Positions 11,656 to 25,963 of a stretch of 64,000 nt of DNA are shown piece after piece. A program made the translations under genes and the position numbers. Source of the stretch: Escherichia phage UB. The notes beneath the pieces are model-generated. The model made no database searches. It was given only the letters and a program-made list of their open reading frames with translations, and was not told where the DNA came from. The DNA is taken from sequence record MH383160, one strand, 5' to 3'. Numbering within the stretch: the stretch's first letter is position 1; every line of letters starts with the position of its first letter.

Positions 11656-13389
11656 TAGCTGGGAAGGTTTTAAACATATAGTGACATTGTACTAAATCAT
11701 CGAACTTCAAGCCGAAGTCTTTAGTACCCATCAGTGTGTGGTAAAAATAATGCGAAATTGTATTAGTTTCAGCGTCTTTAATATAGATACCAAATTCGGT
11801 ACAGCAAAACTGAACAACTTCATTATAACTTTCTAACTTGGAAATTACAAGTACTTGATCATAAGAATTTTTATCAAATCCAATGATGTACATTTCCTCT
11901 GTTTCTGGGTGTACAATCATCCCACCGCGAGAAATAATTTTCTCGAAGTTACTGCTCAAGTACTGAATTGTTGAACTTAAGTTCATTTACAACTCCTTAC
12001 GTATTACTCGTCCGGTAAGATGTTCATCTGTACAGAACTTCATTATAAATGCTTTTAGATGGAAGTCTTCTAAAATTCTATATGCTTGCTTTTTCATAAC
12101 GACTTCCTTCTTCTCCACATCAACAATTATATCATGTTTCTCGTGAAGTTCCTGGATCATTTGATATGAATTCAAACTTAGTACGCTCATAACCACCAAT
12201 GTCCTCCATCTCCCACAAAATTTGAACTGCCACTTCTAATTCGTGGTGAATTTGAAAATAACCATTACTTGCAGTATAGATGTAGCCATTTTTAGTAATT
12301 GCATAACCCCACTTTTTACTTTGAGAATGCATCTCACGTTTCAACCCATAAGGTGATGGTGGCTTCTTGACTGGTTCTGGTTCTCGGTTTTCGTTGTAAA
12401 TCTCTTGTTCGATTCGCAACGCTTTATGATATGAGTATACATGAATCAGGCGACAAAGTACAATAGTAATGCAACAAATAATTGTAAATGTTATCAAGCT
12501 CATCAATTTGCCCTCTGCCTAGATACATATTCATTAATTGCATCTTCCAAATCATACCCTGACATTTTTACATTATCAATTGAAACATGATATTTTTTCA
12601 GCACTTTTTGTCCAGCAGTGTTCTCCCATATAGACCCATCAGGCTCAATATGAACTTTATGGTTCAGGATGAAATCGAACATTTCTTCTTTTGATAAGTT
12701 TGCTTTACGGGTTTCAATGTGATTAGTATTAAGTAATTCACGAGTATGTTTAATGCCATATTCAGTGTACTCACCAATACTACGATGCAAAACTTTTAAC
12801 TGCTCGGCAGCAGTCTCTTCATCATAAACATGAATAGTTTCAGTACTGTACAAAATATCCTGAATATTACCAGTACTCACTTCTGTCCATGTGTCTTTGA
12901 AATGCACTTTGATTGTTTTCATGGAAGCTCGTATTAGTTATATGCTGTGAATAGGTCAATGTTTTTATCATCTACACTGATTAATTTACCAGTTGAACTA
13001 ACAAACACAATATTACCACCAGGGGTGATTTGAACACGCTGGTTTACTGAATATTGATCACTAAGGTTATAATTAGCCCATTCAACTACATAACGCTGTT
13101 CAACACCGTTAGTATCATATAGATAAACGTGTGTAACGTCACGCATTTTTAAACGGTCTAACAGTGTAGAGTTGTCCATGAAATCCGATGGTGTATTGCT
13201 GCGTAATGCAATACCGAACTCACCGATAACAGTACTAATTGTCAGTCCGTTTGAAAAACGGCTACAAAGAGTTTTCTCATCAGCAATATGCATCCATAAA
13301 ACATTCTTTACATCAATATCAACAAATTCACAGTTTTCAAAAACCAAACCTACTTTGGAAACTTTACCATTAAATTGCATTAGTAACTC

Positions 13390-13824
13390 CTATTTTTTAT
13401 ATTTTAAAATTAAATCACTCACGGCTTTCATTAGCTTATATGGAATAGCTAATTCTTGAACAGTACTTTCCATAAAATGTTCTTCTTCTGTATCATAAAA
13501 TGTTGAACTAAAGTGTTCACAATCATCTATACTATCATAAAAAGAAGACGTAAGTTTATCAACAATGACAGTGATTTGTTTGTCAGTTTTGGCACATCCT
13601 ACCTGAACGGTTAATCCAATATCATCAGCCTCTACACGAATTATAAACGAATTATTAGTATAGTTCAGCCAACAATCTTCACCAAAGTATACAACACTGT
13701 GTTTCTTCTGAAATGAAGTTGCGGTGTTAAGAACACCAATAACAACATCAACTGTTTTTTCATTTAAAATATTAGACATTTTTATTCCTGCTTCGTATGT
13801 TTCGTGAAATCTCAAATATTCCAT
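13390..13824 (-). CDS. Member of C-terminal EExFFQxS-motif paralogue family (divergent)
   Basis: C-terminus TEEEHFMESTVQELAIPYKLM; start probably internal to the listed ORF. Confidence 0.4.
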   Translation of the reverse strand: MEYLRFHETYEAGIKMSNILNEKTVDVVIGVLNTATSFQKKHSVVYFGEDCWLNYTNNSFIIRVEADDIGLTVQVGCAKTDKQITVIVDKLTSSFYDSIDDCEHFSSTFYDTEEEHFMESTVQELAIPYKLMKAVSDLILKYKK

Positions 13825-14200
13825 TCAACTGCTCAACAGTTAAACCCTGTAAATCGTAAACTGTTGATAGTTGAAAGAACATCTCTGAATCTATAGTATC
13901 ATGTTCAATTGGAAGACTCAAGAGGTCTTTATTAATAAAATAATCATATGTTCGAATTGTCAAAGAATCACCAAAGATATCAATGTAAAATTTCGGAACA
14001 TTATGTAACGAAACATCTATTAATATGTTTTCAGCATATCTACAAGAAATTTTAGAATTATTTTTATAAGATTGGTATGAAAAATTATAAGGTTCATCGA
14101 CCGATGTGTATGATGAGGTATCACCTTCGGAAAATATTACACCACATTCAATAAGATGTGTTAACGACTTAGGTGGAATTTTTAACATTTCACTTCCCAT
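13772..14200 (-). CDS. Member of C-terminal EExFFQxS-motif paralogue family
   Basis: C-terminus SEMFFQLSTVYDLQGLTVEQLNGIF. Confidence 0.55.
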   Translation of the reverse strand: MGSEMLKIPPKSLTHLIECGVIFSEGDTSSYTSVDEPYNFSYQSYKNNSKISCRYAENILIDVSLHNVPKFYIDIFGDSLTIRTYDYFINKDLLSLPIEHDTIDSEMFFQLSTVYDLQGLTVEQLNGIFEISRNIRSRNKNV

Positions 14201-14618
14201 GCTTACTCATATTACTACGGATCACCCCACTAAGAAAACATATTTTCCTTAATGTATCATAACTGATATTTGTAAGATCATGTACAAAATTCAACTGCAA
14301 GTACATTTCTTCAGTTAATTGATTAAATGTATCATCAACATGAATGTTAGTATGTTCCGTTATATCTATTTCTATATTATTTTCCCAAATATCAATGCTA
14401 ACAGCATAGTCTGATGTATGTCTGGATTGAACTGAAATAAAAATATTATTACTGTTGTATAATGTCTCTGTGTATCCATTCAAAAATGATCCAACGACAA
14501 CATCAAAAATGCCATCTCTAATTGGGTTTTTTGTTTCAAACGTATCACTACAAACTTGACGGTATACAATGTCAACATACTTATCAATTAAAGTAAACAA
14601 ATAACTCATTGCATTCAC
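14190..14618 (-). CDS. Member of C-terminal EExFFQxS-motif paralogue family
   Basis: C-terminus TEEMYLQLNFVHDLTNISYDTL. Confidence 0.5.
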   Translation of the reverse strand: MNAMSYLFTLIDKYVDIVYRQVCSDTFETKNPIRDGIFDVVVGSFLNGYTETLYNSNNIFISVQSRHTSDYAVSIDIWENNIEIDITEHTNIHVDDTFNQLTEEMYLQLNFVHDLTNISYDTLRKICFLSGVIRSNMSKHGK

Positions 14619-14626
14619 CTATATAA

Positions 14627-14657
14627 GAAAAAAGGCCGATTCATCGAATCAGCCTTA
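14627..14657 (-). terminator. Intrinsic terminator (minus strand)
   Basis: Minus-strand hairpin AAGGCTGATTCGATGAATCGGCCTT followed by TTTTTTC. Confidence 0.5.
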
Positions 14658-15328
14658 AGTATAACACAGTAGAAGTTAAAAAGTCAACTTCTAAATTACA
14701 GCATCCAAGAGGAATAAAAAGATACTGTTAGAGGGTAACGAATATAATGAATTTGAGGGTAATATCATTATACGTAAAAAAGTGATAGCTTCTATACATA
14801 AGGAGGAATCAGTACTGACTAGAAGCTATCGGGTTAAACGATTTCAGTACTGAGTGTTTAGTTTAGGATGAGTATTTCCATCTTCGATTTGTTTTAGAAT
14901 CGAGTCACGAATTTCTACTGCCCCTTGATAACTATATTTATCTTTTGGGATCACCCATGTATATTCGCCATCAGTGGTTTTAAAATCAATACATGGATTA
15001 TCCCTGTATTCAGATGCAATGATTGCAATAACATGTAATGAATTCAATGAATGATTTGTATAAGGATAATTGTTATTATCTCTGAACGTGAATGTTTTAA
15101 GTTCATCAGGTGCAACAATGAATTCCATTATTCATCCTCGTACTTCTTGAATGGTGGAACATCTACCTTGAAGTCTTTGCACATCTTAGTTGTACGAACT
15201 TCAGTATTGTTGTGATAATTTTTCTTAAATTCATAAGAAACATAATTACGAATACCAGGTGTATGAATAATAGCAAGAACCAATGTACGACCAAACAAGC
15301 ATAATAAATTCCAGAACATATGAATCTC

Positions 15329-15694
15329 CTAATTGTGGGTTTTAACCAAACGTGCGACAGCTAGTATAGCATTAACCTCATCCAATGTCAACCCACCAAT
15401 GTCATTAATCATTGAGTACTGAAATAGTGATTCTTCAGTGTAATTGTAATCATGAGAAGCAATAAAGATTGCTGGTTTAGATGCATCCAAAATTATCTTT
15501 GTCATTGTAGTATATATATCAAATTGATACAATAGATTTTCACCTGTATATGCTACGTAGATATTATTTGAATAGGATGGATGTACCATTGTAAAACCAT
15601 CATAACATAATATTTTTATGTTCGGATCGTCAAAATTGCCTGTATAAAGGTTATTACAAACATCTTGCATTATACGTACTATTAGACTAGTCAT
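15329..15694 (-). CDS. Member of C-terminal EExFFQxS-motif paralogue family
   Basis: C-terminus TEESLFQYSMINDIGGLTLDEVNAILAV. Confidence 0.55.
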   Translation of the reverse strand: MTSLIVRIMQDVCNNLYTGNFDDPNIKILCYDGFTMVHPSYSNNIYVAYTGENLLYQFDIYTTMTKIILDASKPAIFIASHDYNYTEESLFQYSMINDIGGLTLDEVNAILAVARLVKTHN

Positions 15695-16112
15695 TTAAAG
15701 GATTTAGAACCTCTTCTGGAATCAACTTTTGAACTTTAAGTATAGCTTTAATGTCCTCAAATGTTAATCCTAATGTGTCGTTAAGGAGGCAGTACTGGAA
15801 GAATTTTTCTTCAGTATCAATATCGTTAACATTCAATTCAATTGATTCATCATCATAATCATAATCTTCATTATCACATTCATAACTTCTGAATATAACT
15901 TTTTCAAAATACACATCAAATGAATAAAAATGATTATTGAATTCATAACCAAGAAAAATATTAAAACATTTACTCAAATCTGTGGTTTGATTCAAATCTG
16001 GATCATAGCAAAATACTCTAACTTCACCAATATCTTCTAATTGTACATCATGCAGTGACCATGCGTTGTTTTTTAATACATAGTTCACCATTTTAACAAT
16101 GTTGTATGTCAT
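15687..16112 (-). CDS. Member of C-terminal EExFFQxS-motif paralogue family
   Basis: C-terminus TEEKFFQYCLLNDTLGLTFEDIKAIL. Confidence 0.55.
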   Translation of the reverse strand: MTYNIVKMVNYVLKNNAWSLHDVQLEDIGEVRVFCYDPDLNQTTDLSKCFNIFLGYEFNNHFYSFDVYFEKVIFRSYECDNEDYDYDDESIELNVNDIDTEEKFFQYCLLNDTLGLTFEDIKAILKVQKLIPEEVLNPLND

Positions 16113-16118
16113 AGTGTA

Positions 16119-16208
<90 letters not shown>

Positions 16209-16229
16209 AGAAGTAAGATAACCAACAAG

Positions 16230-16393
<164 letters not shown>

Positions 16394-16436
16394 ATTGACC
16401 TCTTTAGATTAAAACCCCCAGTTTTCTTCTTGAACC

Positions 16437-16955
<519 letters not shown>

Positions 16956-16967
16956 TTATAATACCTG

Positions 16968-17413
<446 letters not shown>

Positions 17414-17414
17414 T

Positions 17415-17452
<38 letters not shown>

Positions 17453-17453
17453 A

Positions 17454-17521
<68 letters not shown>

Positions 17522-17522
17522 A

Positions 17523-17558
<36 letters not shown>

Positions 17559-17588
17559 CGGTAATCATCAATATCAATTTTAGTTTTG

Positions 17589-17643
<55 letters not shown>

Positions 17644-17656
17644 TATATCATGTGAA

Positions 17657-17903
<247 letters not shown>

Positions 17904-17904
17904 A

Positions 17905-18041
<137 letters not shown>

Positions 18042-18065
18042 GTACTATTTTCGGAAAAAACCTTC

Positions 18066-18100
<35 letters not shown>

Positions 18101-18436
18101 CGGAAACACATTTTCATATACTGTTCGTTTCTGGAATTCATCTGCTTCATCAGCACATAGCTTGAAAGTAATGTATTCAGTACTTAAACTATTTACTATA
18201 TCTCGTAACGTAGGATATTTTAGTTTTTTTATTTCTTTATTTTCTTCTAATGATTCAAAAACAATTTCGTTATCATTAATAATAAACGATTCATCGTTCT
18301 CATTAAAAACACGGATTTCTGGGTTATCATCACTCCAATTTTTAGAAGCTTTAGATGTTAATTTGGAATTTAAAAATGATTTAAGAAACTCTTCATACTT
18401 TGAAATGTCTTTAACACTCATATACCCAACTTTAAT

Positions 18437-18497
18437 TAAAAAAATGGATGGTGACGCTTTTAAACGCCGCTGTTAATTCAGCTTTATAACCATCCGT
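18437..18497 (-). terminator. Putative intrinsic terminator with long hairpin
   Basis: Minus-strand ACGGATGGT ... ACCATCCAT arms followed by TTTTTTTAATT. Confidence 0.35.
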
Positions 18498-18499
18498 TT

Positions 18500-18775
18500 T
18501 AACTTGCCTTTCGGCTACCTTGACGTGGGGCGTACAGGCTGCTAAAAGCAACTTCTGTAAACATATTTCCACGCCTTACCCTTTTAAATAAAAGTCCATC
18601 CGGTTTTCCAGTTTGGTGAAGGACTGTCACCTCTAGTTTCAACCTGCTAGTCAAGTAATAATTGCCTATCGTCCAATTATCAAACCCGTCTAGGTTAACA
18701 TTCACCACTTCCTAGAGTACCAGAGATCTTGTTCTGGATAGCATCGACGTAACTTACACCATATACGTCTGATTG
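18500..18775 (-). ncRNA. Candidate small non-coding RNA inside the tRNA cluster
   Basis: GC-richer ORF-poor segment between an extended -10 promoter (TGATATAAT at about 18781-18795) and the terminator at 18437-18497; the only listed ORF has no RBS. Confidence 0.25.
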
Positions 18776-18800
18776 TGGAATTCATTATATCAGTACTGAA

Positions 18801-18992
18801 CTATTCATCAGTGCTCAAATAAATTGTATCAGTTTTACATTTATACTGAATACGATGATCAATAAACGTACCTTGTTTATAAAGATCTGCATTTTTTACA
18901 TCAGTAATGATTTCAACACCAACATATTGTTTAAAAAGAACTTCTGCTTCTGGATATTGTTTAAGAATTTTAATCAAATCTTTAGCTTTCAT
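18801..18992 (-). CDS. Small protein, MKAK(E/D)LIK N-terminal family (63 aa)
   Basis: N-terminus MKAKDLIKILKQYPEAEVLF. Confidence 0.45.
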   Translation of the reverse strand: MKAKDLIKILKQYPEAEVLFKQYVGVEIITDVKNADLYKQGTFIDHRIQYKCKTDTIYLSTDE

Positions 18993-19022
18993 TTAATCCC
19001 ACTCGTTTATGTGTTAAGATAC

Positions 19023-19229
<207 letters not shown>

Positions 19230-19232
19230 GTT

Positions 19233-19390
19233 CGTACCATTATTTCAATAAAGAACCACGGATACGCTTCATGGTTTATAAGTTTATCGTATTCTGCTGG
19301 GTCTGACATGATTTCCCAATGATACTTTCTCCAGTTACCGAAACCTGCATATCTAAAATTAATGTCATTCATCCATTCTTCATGCGTCAT
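19233..19390 (-). CDS. Small protein, MTHEEWM family (about 52 aa)
   Basis: Manual translation MTHEEWMNDINFRYAGFGNWRKYHWEIM.... Confidence 0.4.
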
Positions 19391-19441
19391 GGTTTTAACC
19401 TTTAATTAAAATTATCATAGGCATAAATTTAATTACTATCA

Positions 19442-19984
<543 letters not shown>

Positions 19985-19998
19985 AATATTATATTTTA

Positions 19999-20070
19999 TA
20001 AAGGGCCGGAGAATCGAACTCCGATTGGATTCTTAGAAGGAATCTGTTTTATCCATTAAACTAGCCCCTC
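19999..20070 (-). tRNA. tRNA-Arg (anticodon TCT)
   Basis: D-arm GTTT-AATGGATA-AAAC; anticodon stem GATTC/GAATC with loop CTTCTAA; T-arm CGGAG-TTCGATT-CTCCG; acceptor has two G-U pairs. Confidence 0.65.
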
Positions 20071-20080
20071 AGTACTAATA

Positions 20081-20108
20081 ATTATATCACATCTTTATGT
20101 GATGTCCA
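20081..20108 (-). promoter_or_regulatory. Sigma-70-type promoter upstream of tRNA-Arg (TGGACA-N16-TATAAT, extended -10)
   Basis: Minus-strand TGTGATATAAT lies 11 nt upstream of the tRNA 5' end. Confidence 0.45.
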
Positions 20109-20673
20109 ATTATTTATGATTCGGTTTCGGGATTAAATTTTATAAATTCATCTTTATATTCATCTTCAATCGCAATATCTTCTACTTCTTCAGGCCAAAT
20201 CGTAGTGTCTCCTTGATAAAAGCGATAATTATCAAATACTGCACTACGCGTTCTTCCCTGTTCCCAGCCAATCGTACAGTCATGATATACATCCCCACTA
20301 CTTGTACGAATACTAATGGTGTCTTGAGTTTCATAAAGAACTTCAATGCGTGTGTTACGATTTACGTTGAATTTTTCAAAATGCATAATATTATCCTCAT
20401 CTAGAACCAGTGATAATCATTATATAATGAATTAATGATTTATGCAAGTGTTTTAGATACACCGACACCAATAATTCCAGTGATATCGATATGGATATTG
20501 GCAAGTTGATTACTATCATATGGGTTTGTTTCTGTAATAACCAATGTTGTATCATTGACTAAAACCACAGTACCTTTTACACGATAACCATGTAGTAGTA
20601 CTTGAACCTCATCTTCAGGTTTTAATGATTGAATAACTTCAAATAAAGTTGTTTCCATTTTTGTATTCCTTGT

Positions 20674-20874
20674 TTAGTTTTGATTATTTGACTTTCTAAA
20701 TGCCAGTTCGCATATAAACCAGGGTTTTCTGGTATCCAAAACATATGACCTGAAAAGATTTTCATCTCTTAATATATCATAATGTACCTGACGAATGCCA
20801 TTCCCAAAGCAGTCATGTTCTTTATGCTGTTTGGACATCCATTCTTCGTGTGTCATTTTATGTATCCAGTACAA
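20674..20874 (-). CDS. Small protein, MTHEEWM family (66 aa)
   Basis: MYWIHKMTHEEWMSKQHKEHDCFGNGIRQVHYDILRD...WFICELAFR. Confidence 0.5.
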   Translation of the reverse strand: MYWIHKMTHEEWMSKQHKEHDCFGNGIRQVHYDILRDENLFRSYVLDTRKPWFICELAFRKSNNQN

Positions 20875-21091
20875 TTAAGTGCTGCATCTCTTCTTTTGTA
20901 AAGAAAGCACTGTCATGAACAATAGAACCAGTCTTATCAACTACATAGTACAGGTTTCCATATTGTTGAACATCAATTCCGTCAATTTCAATTCGTGGAA
21001 AATTTTGGACAATACAGTCTGCACCGAAAACCTCACCAAAAAAGTTTCCTGCTGGATTGATAATGACTTTCATATTAAATCACCTTTATTG

Positions 21092-21193
<102 letters not shown>

Positions 21194-21198
21194 TCTTA

Positions 21199-21393
21199 CT
21201 ATTTTTTGTCTCTAATAGCAAGCTCGTAGATGAACCAGTGGTTGGAATCTTCGTCCAAAACCAATGATTCGAACGTTTTTTTATCGTTCAAAACATCATA
21301 ATGGCCTTGGCGTATACCAAATCCAAAATGATCATGTTTATATTTTAGTGACTCTATCCATTCTTCATGTGTCATTTTATGTATCCAGTTCAA
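21199..21393 (-). CDS. Small protein, MTHEEWM family (64 aa)
   Basis: MNWIHKMTHEEWIESLKYKHDHFGFGIRQGHYDVLND...WFIYELAIRDKK. Confidence 0.5.
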   Translation of the reverse strand: MNWIHKMTHEEWIESLKYKHDHFGFGIRQGHYDVLNDKKTFESLVLDEDSNHWFIYELAIRDKK

Positions 21394-21455
21394 TTAAGTG
21401 TTTCATTTATTCTTCTGTAAAGAAAGCATTGCAATGGACAATGGAAAAGGTTATT

Positions 21456-21633
21456 ATATTTTTTTGTCTCTAACCGCAAGCTCATAGATGAACCAACGAT
21501 TTCCATTCTCATCTAGTACATATGATTCGAACTTATATTTGTCTCGTAAAATATCGAAATGACCATCAATAAATCCATTTCCAAACTGGTCATAACGTTT
21601 TTTCATCATTGCCATCCATTCTTCATGTGTCAT
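21456..21633 (-). CDS. Small protein, MTHEEWM family (59 aa)
   Basis: Manual translation MTHEEWMAMMKKRYDQFGNGFIDGHFDILRDKYKFESYVLDENGNRWFIYELAVRDKKI. Confidence 0.4.
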
Positions 21634-23716
21634 CTCTTAATATCCATAACGGCTATACTAAAATATGTACCAAAATCATCACAATTGATAATGTTGTTAT
21701 AGTACTCAATTGGGTTACGCAATGATATATACAATTCAAGCTTAAAATAGTATATATCTGCTGCATTTATATTATAGTGTAGATTAAACCACTCATCAAA
21801 TGTCTTAGGCTGCATTATATTTATCTTTATAAAAATCCATGATTTTAGTCAACAGTACTGCAATCGTATAATCTAAATCAGGATAAAGTAAATTGTACTG
21901 AAATTCTTCCTCAACACTATAGTTAGTGGTACAGTACTGGTAATCTTTATAACCTATTGAAAAATAATTCGGATACAATGTACAACGAAAGCGATAAGCT
22001 TCATCTGTCATATAATCATTGTATTCAACACAGAAGTATAGTGATTTTGAATTTAATTCGATAAGCTCAACGAATCCATCAGGTAATGAATGGTTATAAA
22101 TTACTGAATCTTCATTAAACCATTCATAGTATTTTTCCAAAAAATCACTAATGGATACATCCAGACTTTGTATAGGTGGAGTTATGATAATTTGAACTTC
22201 TTTATTCATTTCGACCCCTTACTATATTTCACGTATGGGCTATCATACAGATCATAACTTTTTTGTGCACGTTCTTTTCGGCGTTCATACATGATTCTAT
22301 CATACTCTTTAGCTTTCTGATTTGCTTCATTATACAATTTTAAAATTAGCAAAAATGCATCAAGATCGGGATAGTTTACTGGATTGATAGTACTCAGCAT
22401 AAATCGTTCTTCTTCAGTTCTAGCTAAGTCAAATTCATACTTAATAGTTTTATACCCACTCCATTTATATATATGCGTTACTTTATTAGTAAGTACATTA
22501 TATTCAACGAAGTCAGTACTACCATCAAGTACACGAGTAATCTTAATAGATGTACCAATGACAATCTGCACAGAACTCATTTCTGAAGTTTTAAAGTAAT
22601 AAATGTTATTACGGCGAAGATTAACTTCTCGATCTCCAATGCGAACATGCTTAATAACTTCCATTAATGGTTCTGGGACACCACGAATCGGCATGTTAGT
22701 ATTCCTCAATAACGGTTAGGAATCTATCCCAACCAGTATAAGTGAAATGATCAAAGTATTGTTTTTCGCCACCTACCATATATACTTCAATTAAACCGTG
22801 GTCGAAATAATTTTTTGGTTTTTTAACTTCAGTTACGATTGCTTTATGTCTGAAACCATTATAATCAGTATATGTTACAATATCGTGAATTTTGATATTA
22901 TCAGGTGTATAAGTGTTGGCGTTATTATTGAGAACATGAAGATGATGGTCTACGATTTCTTTACTGGAAATTACTCCAAATATGTTACCAGAAAATACTT
23001 TATTACCATTACAGGTCAATGCCCAGCCATCACCAACTTCAATAGATTCAAATACATAATGTGTGCAAATTTTAGATACATCTGACGTATCCCAGTAATC
23101 ACCATCAAGATTGGTGAATTTATAAACAGTTTTGAGTTTTTCGCCATCAAATGAAAGCAATGATACTCCGATAACAACCGTTCCGTCTTTAAGAATAATA
23201 TTAAATTTATTATTTGTATTAAAGTATGCTTCTGACTCATATGTGTTGAATTTAATAAAGTTCATATGTTCTCCTTAGTAAGTCATAGTATTATATCAGA
23301 GTTTCATTGCACTTACCAGCATGTTTTCATAACTTCTGTGATGTAAATCATTTTATCTTTTAGTGTGTAAGGGATGCAAATTTCACCTGGGCTTAACGTT
23401 GTGTTCTTTTGAAACTCATCTTCTTCGGAATCAGCCAGGTAAAATGGGTGTGTCACAAAGGTATCATCAACTGGACGATTATGTGGTTTCATTAATGCAT
23501 CATGATTGACAAAATAATAAGCATCAATATCAGGACGGAAATACAAACAATCAACCTTAATGCACGGGTGTAACCATAAGGACAAAGAATATGTTATTTG
23601 GTTACCAATTTGTCTTGGGCCTGATGCAATTGCATTGATGTTATTTTTATCTTGTACCATTTCATAAATGAAATCTATCATTTCGTGTAGTTCTGATTCA
23701 GTCATTTTATTTCCTT

Positions 23717-23746
23717 AAAAAAATACCCAGTACTTGACTGGGTATT
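23717..23746 (-). terminator. Intrinsic terminator (minus strand)
   Basis: Hairpin ACCCAGT-ACTTG-ACTGGGT flanked by an A/T run. Confidence 0.5.
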
Positions 23747-25086
23747 TACAAAGTAACGTTTAATCAGATTTCTTTTCGTAATCTGTAAAAACAGTCAGGA
23801 TTGTTGCACATAGTGAATCAACTACTGATGCACGTGTGTTATCAAGGTCTTTAGCTAGTGCTTGAATCTCTTGAAGTTTTACTACTAAGTCGATTTTTTG
23901 ATTACTCATTACTTCTCCTATTGGATGTTTTTTAGATATTAATTTTTATACCACTAAGGTCTAGAACTTTTTTATTAGATACTGTTTCTGATTCTAATTT
24001 AGTTTCTTTTACCTCAGTGTTAATATTTACGTCATCTTTGAGAATATCAGGGATAATACCATGTTGAATATCATCGTACATAGAAACAACGGTTTCGGCA
24101 CAAGATAACATTTCACGAACTTTGTACTGATAACCCTGTGGTAACTCATTGATGATTTCCATAATATCTAGTAATTTAGTTTGGACATCAATAAGAATTT
24201 TTCTTGATTTTTCTGGTTCCATTACTCCAACTCCACAACATTACTTTTTTTGGATTTAATCACTGATGGTGGCTCATTAACGCTTGTTTGACCACGAAGT
24301 GATTTTTCCAACGCAATGATGCGTTTTAAAGTTTTTATTGATGGTCGCTTCTTCGTCAACTCAGCTTTTGCTTCTGAATAATATTTTCTTACATATCCAT
24401 AGGCATAATATTTTGAACCAATGAAAATTTCAGCAACTACTGGATTTGAGTATTGTGTATCAATTCCATCTAGATCCGTGTCTACCGAGTAGAATGAAAT
24501 ATTTGTATCACATGCTGAAATTTTAGCCACCAAAAGATTTGCATCGAACTTATCTAAAATTAGAGAAATTGTTTTTTCGGCATCAGCACTATATGGCATA
24601 GCAGACATTAAAAGTTGGAATGTCTTAAAGTACTTACTTCCACTAATCATGGTATTGAAAATCAATCCAATGGTGATTAATGCAAGTGTACCAATACACA
24701 CAAACAAAAACCAATATTCAACACTCATTTATAAATCCTCTTACTTTATATGATTAAAATGCCCCATCAAAAATGATGAGGCGGTAAGATAAATTACTTA
24801 CGATTTGCTTTACGCAGTTCAGATAGTTCTTCTTGAAGACTTTTCTTCCATGCAATCAAGTGAGCAAAACGGATTGGCCTTGCACCAGTACCGTGGAATA
24901 CTGCTAGAGCTTCTTCTGCTTGATGAATCTGGAATTGAATGTAGTTCACAGTGCGGTCGAAGTCGGTGATATCTAGTACTTGTGCGTTAGTTTCTTTAGC
25001 CATTTTAATACCCTTTTATTTCTTTTTTATGAAAAACCCTCATCATTGAGGAATGGTTTGCATTTTAATATCTGCCGATAACAAAC

Positions 25087-25114
25087 ATTATATCACAATA
25101 TCTGTTCTTGTCCA
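25087..25114 (-). promoter_or_regulatory. Sigma-70-type promoter (TGGACA-N16-TATAAT, extended -10)
   Basis: Minus-strand TTGGACA...TGTGATATAAT upstream of 24794..25003. Confidence 0.5.
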
Positions 25115-25963
25115 ATTTTTAATTATTAGAAAGAACAATTTTTGAAACTGGTAAATCTGTATCATTTACACGTTGTTCATTATATCCATTCTGTACAAGA
25201 ATGTCAATAACTTTAGACTTATCAATTGTAAATGATTCTAACATATCATATCGGTAATAACCAATAGTCTGACTGAACTCATATTTTCCTGGCTGTTGAC
25301 GACAACACGTATTTGTTTCAGCCATAATCTTATTGATTAGGTAATATGTTTCAGTACTATCAATATTTGGAATATAGATCTTATCATCAAAATGAATTAC
25401 TTCATGTTTATTCATAGAGTGATTCAATCTCCGCTTTAAGAATGGAAATGATCTCTTTCTGAAGGCCAGTAATTTCACTGTTCAAAGATGATAGTCGCTT
25501 CGATAATGCCATGAATTGCTTTGCATCTTCTTTAGAACGGTCATTTCGTACTTTATCAGAACTCCAGTTAGCATATGATTGCTCATCTTTCCTGTTAAGG
25601 ATATCCCAGTCTAAACGTACTAGTTTACGTTCTTTCTTCAGTTCGCTTAAGCGAGATTTCATTTCGTCTTTAGTCATTAGATTGTTCCTTTCATGAAGTC
25701 TGGAATAACGATTACGATAGGAGGATTATACTCTACATAACCATTTTTTGTCAATAGACTTTTAATATCTGAAATCACATTATCATGCTGTTCAATATCT
25801 TTATCACAAAAGATTTCCAATTCTTTCTGAAACGGTTTTTTAACCGAGATGTTTTGAGTCAGTGTTTGGATTCGCTGTAACATATCAATTGGATCTGGAC
25901 TGAACTCATTACCAACATAAAGAGTACCAGATGCATCTTTTTCTAGCAAGACTTCTAAAATTT

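Noticed and set aside
18499-18708. Minus-strand 69-aa ORF inside the GC-richer segment
   Set aside because: No RBS and an atypical composition; more consistent with a non-coding RNA region.
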